DNA from: Myxococcota bacterium
GTDB taxonomy: Bacteria; Myxococcota_A; UBA9160; PR03
Assembly (NCBI GenBank): GCA_039794265.1
Contig: JBDIVR010000002.1
Coordinates: 64,619-128,618, forward strand
Length of the DNA stretch: 64,000 nt
Reading direction: 5' to 3'
Of the stretch, positions 58,569-64,000 are shown piece after piece. The position numbers and the translations under genes are program-made. The notes under the pieces were generated by a model, which saw only the letters and a list, made by a program, of their open reading frames with translations, was not told where the DNA came from and did not search any database. Numbering within the stretch: position 1 is the first letter of the stretch; every line of letters begins with the position of its first letter.

Positions 58569-59789
58569 ATGGCGAGTCCGCAGACGCGCGAGCGGGACCT
58601 CGGTCGCGATCTCCACAGCGAGAACCAGATCCTCAACATGGGGCCGTCCCACCCGGCGACGCACGGGACGGTGAAGTTCCTGATCGAGCTCGACGGCGAG
58701 ACCATCGTCGACCTCGACATCCAGGTCGGATACCTGCACCGCGGCTTCGAGAAGGAATGCGAGAGCGGGACCTGGTACCAGGCGATTCCCTACACGGATC
58801 GGCTCAACTACAACTCCGCGATCCTCGCCAACATCGGCTACTGCCTCGCGGTCGAGAAGCTGCTGGAGATCCAGACGCCAGAGCGTTGCCAGTGGTTGCG
58901 CACGATGGCCGGCGAACTCTCGCGCCTGGGGGACCACCTGACCCGGTGCGGCGCCGCCTGCCTCGAGCTGCAGGCGATGACGCCGTTCCTCTACGGCATC
59001 GAGGCGCGCGAGCTCGCCTGGGATCTGATGGAGATGCTGTGCGGCGCTCGCGTCACGTCGAACTACGTGCGCATCGGCGGCGTCAAGCACGACATGGATC
59101 CCGGTTTTCCGGCGCGCTGTCGGGACCACATCGTCAAGATCCGCGGACTGCTCCGGGACTACGACGACGTCGTCACGCAGAACCGGATCTTCGTCGACCG
59201 GCTACGCGGGACGGGCGTGCTCCCGAAGGAAGACTTGATCCGGTACGGCGTCACGGGTCCGATCTTGCGCGCAGCCGGCGTGCCGCTCGACCTGCGCAAG
59301 GACGCCCCGTACCTGAAGTACGCGGAAGTCGATTTCGACGTCCCGATCGGAACGGTCGGCGACAACTACGATCGCTACCTGGTGTGTGTCGAAGAGATGC
59401 ACCAGAGCCTGCGCATCGTGGAGCAGTGCCTGGTGGCGCTCGAGAAGATCGGTCCGGGACCCGTCGACGTCGATGACCCGCGCGTGCGCTGGCCGGCGAA
59501 GGGCCGCGTGTTCAACGCGATGGAAGAGCTGATCCAGCAGTTCAAGGCCGTGACGGAAGGGCCGATGGTGCCCGCCGGCGAGACCTATCACGCGATCGAG
59601 TCCGCGAACGGAGAACTCGGATTCTACGTCGTCTCCGACGGCAGCGCGCAGCCGTGGAAGGTGCGTTGTCGCCCGCCGAGCTTCCTCAACCTCCAGCCGA
59701 TGCCGAAGATGCTCGCCGGCGCGATGCTGGCGGACCTGATTCCGACGTTCGACTTCGTCAACATGATCGGCGGCGAGTGCGATCGATGA
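58569..59789 (+). CDS. nuoD: NADH-quinone oxidoreductase subunit D
   Basis: NMGPSHPATHG and VGYLHRGFEK motifs, C-terminal GGECDR. No NiFe CxxC motifs. Confidence 0.95.
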   Translation: MASPQTRERDLGRDLHSENQILNMGPSHPATHGTVKFLIELDGETIVDLDIQVGYLHRGFEKECESGTWYQAIPYTDRLNYNSAILANIGYCLAVEKLLEIQTPERCQWLRTMAGELSRLGDHLTRCGAACLELQAMTPFLYGIEARELAWDLMEMLCGARVTSNYVRIGGVKHDMDPGFPARCRDHIVKIRGLLRDYDDVVTQNRIFVDRLRGTGVLPKEDLIRYGVTGPILRAAGVPLDLRKDAPYLKYAEVDFDVPIGTVGDNYDRYLVCVEEMHQSLRIVEQCLVALEKIGPGPVDVDDPRVRWPAKGRVFNAMEELIQQFKAVTEGPMVPAGETYHAIESANGELGFYVVSDGSAQPWKVRCRPPSFLNLQPMPKMLAGAMLADLIPTFDFVNMIGGECDR

Positions 59790-60052
59790 GCGCGACGCCG
59801 TCGGATGCGGAGCCGGCGCCGCGCCGGACCCGCACGCAGGTCTGGGCGCTGCTCGGCGCTCCGACAGACCAGGTCGGCAGCGTGAACGACCCGCGGACGC
59901 ATGAAGACGGCGGCGTGCGCTGGAACGAGAAGTGGATCTACCGCGAGGGCCGGGAGGTCGCGCGCGTCGTCCTGTGGAACCGCTACGACTTCCTCGGTGC
60001 GTTCCGCGTGAAACCCGACGGCTCGCTGGAAGCCGAGCCGCTGCCGGATTGA
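59786..60052 (+). CDS. 88-aa hypothetical protein (BamE/DUF2845-like pattern, no signal peptide)
   Basis: ATGA overlap with nuoD. High GC3. VWALLGAPTD...NEKWIYREG...VVLWNRYDFLGAF. Confidence 0.55.
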   Translation: MSATPSDAEPAPRRTRTQVWALLGAPTDQVGSVNDPRTHEDGGVRWNEKWIYREGREVARVVLWNRYDFLGAFRVKPDGSLEAEPLPD

Positions 60053-60522
60053 GCGCGGCACCGGGGCCTCCGCCGCTGCGGCCGTTCGGTCTCGTGTTGC
60101 AGCGGGACGGTCGCTTCCGGCACGACGGTGCGCCGATCCTGCATCCCCGACTGCGCGCGCTGTTCGAGCGATCGGTGCGCTACCTGCCCGACGAGGACAC
60201 GTACGTCGTCCAGGTCGGCCGCTTCCGCGGACAGATCGTGCTCGAAGAGGCAGGTTTCTTCGTGCGCGACCTCGACCTTGCGAACGGCACGATCGCGCTC
60301 TCGGACGGCACCGAGGAAGGTCTCGACCCGTCGACGCTGCGTCCGTCGGCGCTCGATCCAGAGGCCCTGCTGTGCACGGTCAAGCGCGACCTCACACCCC
60401 GCGGTGTGCCGGCCCGCTTCGAGCGCGGCGCCCAGGCCGAGCTGCTGCTGGCGGTCGAGGCGACTCCGACCGGCTACGCGGTGCGGCTCGCCGGCGCGCT
60501 GCGCGCGCTCCCGGTCTGGTGA
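60049..60522 (+). CDS. DUF1285-like protein
   Basis: TTG 60049 overlaps the upstream stop (TTGA); GTG 60094 is an alternative start. DGRFRHDGAPILHPRLRALFERSV resembles the DUF1285 N-terminal motif as I recall it. Confidence 0.55.
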   Translation: MSAAPGPPPLRPFGLVLQRDGRFRHDGAPILHPRLRALFERSVRYLPDEDTYVVQVGRFRGQIVLEEAGFFVRDLDLANGTIALSDGTEEGLDPSTLRPSALDPEALLCTVKRDLTPRGVPARFERGAQAELLLAVEATPTGYAVRLAGALRALPVW

Positions 60523-60532
60523 GGGCCGCGGT

Positions 60533-60913
60533 TCAACCGCTGCGCCCCAGCGCGACTCCGGCCGCTACGGCGATCCCGCACACGATGACGCTCCCGAGCG
60601 TATTGCCGGCTGCCGCGCCCCAGGCGGCCTGCTCGGTCAACCGCCACGTCTCGAGACCGAACGCCGAGAAGGTCGTGAAGCCGCCGAGCAGTCCCGGGAT
60701 CAGGAAGGTGCGCAGTCCGGCTCCGCCGATGCCGCGCTCGTCGATCCACGTGGCGAGCAGGCCGATCGCGAAGCAACCGATCGCGTTGACGACGAACGTT
60801 CCCCACGGAAACGCGGGACCGGCGTGGCCTTGCACCCAGCCGGCGAGTTCGTAGCGAAGCACGGCCCCGAGGCCGCCGCCGAGGAAGACCCAGGACCAGC
60901 GCATGGGCCGCAC
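60533..60913 (-). CDS. crcB: Fluoride ion channel CrcB/FluC
   Basis: 126 aa, four TM helices. GGGLGAVLRY, WGTFVVN and GGFTTFSAF motifs. Confidence 0.9.
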   Translation of the reverse strand: MRPMRWSWVFLGGGLGAVLRYELAGWVQGHAGPAFPWGTFVVNAIGCFAIGLLATWIDERGIGGAGLRTFLIPGLLGGFTTFSAFGLETWRLTEQAAWGAAAGNTLGSVIVCGIAVAAGVALGRSG

Positions 60914-60981
60914 GATAGCCCGGCGGTCTCCGGTCGGGGGAGCCCGCGCAGTGTCTGCGCTATCGTGCCGCTCCCGACCGA

Positions 60982-61056
60982 GGCCCGGTGGGTGAATGGC
61001 TTAGCCAGCGGACTGCAAATCCGTTTATGCCGGTTCGATTCCGGCCCGGGCCTCCA
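60982..61056 (+). tRNA. tRNA-Cys (GCA), CCA encoded
   Basis: Acceptor GGCCCGG/CCGGGCC. Anticodon arm GCGGA-CTGCAAA-TCCGT. T arm GCCGG-TTCGATT-CCGGC. Ends TCCA. Confidence 0.9.
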
Positions 61057-61834
61057 CCGCGCTCCTCTCCGCGAGCGCCGGCAGGCGGCGCCCGCCGGCC
61101 GAGAAGATCGCCGCCGATCCCCAGCCGCGGCGCTGCGCGAAGAACCGGGCCGCGGTCTGGAGACAGCCCCAGCCGTACGTCACCGAGCGTCGGAAGTCGA
61201 TCGACGACGCCTCGGGGAAGTACGCGGCCGGGCAGCTCACCTCCCCGATCTCGAAGTTCCAGAACAGGATCTGCGCGAGCATCTGGTTGTCGAAGACGAA
61301 GTCGTCCGAGTTCTCGAGCAACGGGATCGCCGCGAGGACTTCGCGGGAGAAGGCGCGATAGCCGGTGTGGTACTCCGAGAGCTTCGCGCCCTGCAGCGCG
61401 TTCTGCGCGGCGGTCAGGAAGCGATTCGCCACGTACTTCCAGAGCGGCATGCCTCCGGCGCGAGCGCGGCCCCCGAGGATGCGCGAGCCGAGGACCACGT
61501 CGAAGGGTCCGTCTACGATCATCCCGACCATCGCCGCGATCAGCGAGGGTGTGTACTGGTAGTCGGGGTGGAGCATGACGACGACGTCGGCTCCCATCTG
61601 CAGCGCCTCGGCATAGCAAGTCTTCTGGTTGCCTCCGTAGCCCCGGTTGCGCGCATGGACGATCGTGCGCAGGCCGAGCCGCTTCGCGACCTCGACCGTC
61701 TCGTCCTGGCTCGCGTCGTCGGTGACGAGCACCTCGTCGACGAGATCGTGCGGGATCTCGCGCCAGGTCTGCTCGAGGGTGCGCGCGGCGTTGTAGGCCG
61801 GCATCACCACGACGATCTTCTTCCCGTGGAACAT
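61025..61834 (-). CDS. Family 2 glycosyltransferase
   Basis: VVMPAYNAA...DDASQDET...RNRGYGGN GT-A motifs. The last 32 nt are antisense to tRNA-Cys. Confidence 0.85.
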   Translation of the reverse strand: MFHGKKIVVVMPAYNAARTLEQTWREIPHDLVDEVLVTDDASQDETVEVAKRLGLRTIVHARNRGYGGNQKTCYAEALQMGADVVVMLHPDYQYTPSLIAAMVGMIVDGPFDVVLGSRILGGRARAGGMPLWKYVANRFLTAAQNALQGAKLSEYHTGYRAFSREVLAAIPLLENSDDFVFDNQMLAQILFWNFEIGEVSCPAAYFPEASSIDFRRSVTYGWGCLQTAARFFAQRRGWGSAAIFSAGGRRLPALAERSAVEARAGIEPA

Positions 61835-61863
61835 CGGTTCCTGGTATTCTCATCGGGCCTCGA

Positions 61864-61945
61864 GCCCGGGTGGCGAAATGGTAGACGCGGGCGACTTAAA
61901 ATCGCCTGGCCCAAGGCCTTGCAGGTTCGAGTCCTGCCCCGGGCA
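61864..61945 (+). tRNA. tRNA-Leu (UAA), long variable arm, CCA not encoded
   Basis: Acceptor GCCCGGG/CCCGGGC. Anticodon arm GGCGA-CTTAAAA-TCGCC. Variable arm GGCC-CAA-GGCC. T arm GCAGG-TTCGAGT-CCTGC. Confidence 0.9.
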
Positions 61946-62049
61946 CGGCCTTTCCTGTGTCTCCGAGCGGTCCCCCCTGCGGGAGAAGGCGCCGCATCCA
62001 GGGCAGGGATCCGGTAGGCCCGGGGCAGATCCCTGTGTCGTGCTCGACT

Positions 62050-62367
62050 TCAGCCGAGATCCAGACGCGTCCGGACGCGTGCGCCCACCTCTGCGCCGGT
62101 CAGCAGGTCCTCGAGTGCGTCGCGGTCCAGCAAGGTCGTGCGCAGGTAGCCCAGGTCGGGAAGCTCGATCTCCACGCGGTAGATCTCGCGCGGACCGGCG
62201 AAGACCCGCCGGATGCGCAGACCGGTGTCGTCCCCGGCACCGGCGATCTGCTCGCGCAGCGACTCGACGATCCTGCGGACCCTCTGTGCCCCGCGTGCCC
62301 GGGGATCCAGAAGGCCCTCGAGCGCGCGGTTGCGGCCGGCAATCTTGTAGCTTCCCGGAGGACGCAT
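62050..62367 (-). CDS. Hypothetical protein (105 aa)
   Basis: ATG 62367 inside track ORF 62050..62490. No family recognised. Lies downstream of the PilZ gene on the same strand. Confidence 0.4.
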   Translation of the reverse strand: MRPPGSYKIAGRNRALEGLLDPRARGAQRVRRIVESLREQIAGAGDDTGLRIRRVFAGPREIYRVEIELPDLGYLRTTLLDRDALEDLLTGAEVGARVRTRLDLG

Positions 62368-62422
62368 CGGCGGCGGAAGATACCCGCTTCGACCCGCGCG
62401 GATCAAGCGAGAATCTCCAGAC

Positions 62423-62809
62423 TCAGCGCATGGCCGGAATCGGCGGCTCGAGCAGCTTCTCGAGCGGGTCCCGCTGTCGTGGCGCGCCACTCAGGAACTC
62501 GATGCCGAGACCGCGCGTATCGGGTTCGTTCTCGACGGCACCGGCCCAGGCGACCCGTGCCACGGATTCGAGGATGCGACCCGTCGGCAGCGCCAGTTCG
62601 ACCAACACGCGACGACCAGGGGACAGCGCCTCGTGCGTGTGGACGAGGATGCCGCCGCGCGAGAGATTTGCGCAATGCTCCTCGAAGGCGCGGAAGAAAG
62701 GGCGGCCTGTGTGAGGATCGATCTCGGGATCGATCGTCGACAGGCGTACCGATGCATCGAGGGAGACGCGCTGGTGCCGCCTGCGGTCGTGCATCGAATC
62801 GGTCGCCAT
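62423..62809 (-). CDS. PilZ-domain (c-di-GMP-binding) protein
   Basis: RRRHQR (RxxxR) and NLSRGG (D/NxSxxG) motifs. ATG 62809 inside track ORF 62423..63934. Confidence 0.75.
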   Translation of the reverse strand: MATDSMHDRRRHQRVSLDASVRLSTIDPEIDPHTGRPFFRAFEEHCANLSRGGILVHTHEALSPGRRVLVELALPTGRILESVARVAWAGAVENEPDTRGLGIEFLSGAPRQRDPLEKLLEPPIPAMR

Positions 62810-63121
62810 GACGGAACCCTCCTCGGATGGCTTGCTGGTTCCGGTCGGCGCAACTCGCCGGCAGCTTGAGCGCAACTCTTCGGTTCGCGTTCCCCAGTCT
62901 TCGATGCCTTCGGCGCTCAAGCGGTCCTCGACGGGGGTCGAACAGGGAGGGCCAGGCCGACGCGAGCGGGGCGCCCGCACCGCAGGAGGCGGGAATGCGG
63001 AGGGGCCATGCGCGAATGCGATCAGCCGGGGGGCGAGACGCTCACTCCCGCGTCGAGCGCGCCTCTCGGGCTCACCGAAGGCGAGAATGCTCGAGTGCGG
63101 CGTCGCAGTCCGCGCCGTGGA

Positions 63122-64000
63122 ATGGTCGACGGTCGCCCGTCCGAGGATCTGCACACTCCCGCCGATGGCAGGCTTACGCTTTCGGTGGACATCCGGAGCT
63201 TCCCGTTGTCCGATGTGCTCGCGTGGTTGCACCGCGCGGGGAGCTCGGGACTGCTTCACTACAGCCGGCAGGACCAGGCCAAGTGGATGTGGTTCCATCG
63301 CGGGGACGTCGTCTTCGCGGCGTCGAATCAGCCCATCGATCGACTCGGTCCTTCGCTGATCCGTGCGGGTTCGATCTCGCTCGAACAGATCCGCAGCGCC
63401 GAACGGCGACACGATCCGGGTGCGCGCTTCGGCAAGGCCCTCGTGGAGCGCGGAATCCTGACGCCTCGGCAGCTGTGGGCAGGCCTGCAGCGGCAGGCCG
63501 AGGAGATCGCGGTTTCCCTGTTCGCCTACCCATCCGGCCGGCTGTGCTTCTGGGAAGGCGAGATGCAGCCCGACAACGTGGTTCGCCTCTCGCTTCCCAC
63601 CCCGCGCCTCATCCGGGATGGAAGTCGCTGGCGCGACGAACTGCGCCGCTTCGTCGCGGCGCTCGCCGATGCGCGGATTCGGCTGCAGCGGGTGCCGGCA
63701 GCGCAGGAGTGCCTCGCCGGCGTCGAGCGCGAGGTCTTCGATGCGGTGGGTGAGGAATCTGCGTTCGTTCCGTTGCTCCAGCGCGTCGGGCTCGACGCGC
63801 TGTCGGTCGCTCGTTTCCTCCATCTCCTGCATCGCGCGGGTGCCTTGCGGATCCGGCGGCGCGAGGACGATCCGGATCGGACCCAGCGCGTTCGCCGCGA
63901 CGACCCCGGGGAACGCCTCCGGTGCCAGGTCCACGACGCAGTCAAGCTCCTGGGAGAACTCGCCGGCGTCCTCGTTGCTGCCGACGGGGAGGAGCGCGTG
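63122..64000 (+). CDS. DUF4388 (PatA-N-like) domain protein, 3'-partial at window edge
   Basis: This ORF is not in the track because it has no stop before 64000. My own translation gives MVDGRPSEDL...LSVDIRSFPLSDVLAWLHRAGSSGLLHYSR...WMWFHRGDVVFAASN. High GC3 throughout. Confidence 0.7.
   Translation, partial: MVDGRPSEDLHTPADGRLTLSVDIRSFPLSDVLAWLHRAGSSGLLHYSRQDQAKWMWFHRGDVVFAASNQPIDRLGPSLIRAGSISLEQIRSAERRHDPGARFGKALVERGILTPRQLWAGLQRQAEEIAVSLFAYPSGRLCFWEGEMQPDNVVRLSLPTPRLIRDGSRWRDELRRFVAALADARIRLQRVPAAQECLAGVEREVFDAVGEESAFVPLLQRVGLDALSVARFLHLLHRAGALRIRRREDDPDRTQRVRRDDPGERLRCQVHDAVKLLGELAGVLVAADGEERV

Noticed and set aside
60914-60981. A fluoride riboswitch upstream of crcB.
   Set aside because: - The 68-nt leader has nested inverted repeats but lacks the conserved crcB-motif elements I know (GGnGAUGG..., AACCGCC, CUGAUGA).
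- The space must also hold the divergent tRNA-Cys promoter.
61946-62050. An integrated element or genomic island at tRNA-Leu or tRNA-Cys.
   Set aside because: - No integrase or recombinase is present.
- I saw no direct repeat of either tRNA 3' end within the window.
- The flanking genes have the same GC-rich codon style as the rest of the window.

Overview
The window is very GC-rich bacterial chromosome from a diderm organism. Evidence for a diderm is TolC/RND efflux, beta-barrel outer-membrane proteins and PEP-CTERM tails. It is densely packed with about 60 genes, and many are joined by 4-nt ATGA/GTGA start/stop overlaps. I found no rRNA, CRISPR array, transposase, integrase or recognisable defence genes, so it reads mostly as core or metabolic chromosome. 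The main blocks are:

- **Copper/silver island (1.2-13.9 kb):** cusCBA; an exported HMA protein; a beta-barrel and an NHL propeller; an ECF sigma with a six-TM partner; and csoR-copA with a clear CsoR operator.
- **clpS-clpA-hemF.**
- **ispH region:** ispH is followed by a PEP-CTERM PQQ-type dehydrogenase.
- **Thiol-reductase module:** a zinc-anti-sigma/ECF sigma pair is divergent from an exported DUF255 thioredoxin fused to a DsbD-alpha-like domain. Next come a DsbD beta-gamma gene and a lipoprotein.
- **Acyl-CoA dehydrogenase pair coupled to hemE-hemY-HIT.**
- **Gene remnants:** a 0.6-kb patch at 39.6-40.3 kb.
- **Isoprenoid/hopanoid supercluster:** dxs-hpnD-fni-tetR-hpnC-hpnE-shc-hpnG-hpnH.
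- **hemH and phosphatidylcholine synthase.**
- **Non-canonical partial nuo set:** nuoB, then lpdA-E2-lipB, then nuoI-nuoC-nuoD plus two unknown coupled genes.
- **Right-hand end:** crcB, tRNA-Cys, a GT2 glycosyltransferase, tRNA-Leu, a PilZ protein and a partial DUF4388 protein.

The least ordinary items are the sigma-controlled split-DsbD/DUF255 system, the Q-module-only nuo arrangement and the TetR embedded in the hopanoid operon. The accessory genes behind cusA are also unusual. All functional calls rest on motif and family recognition by eye. No database search was run.
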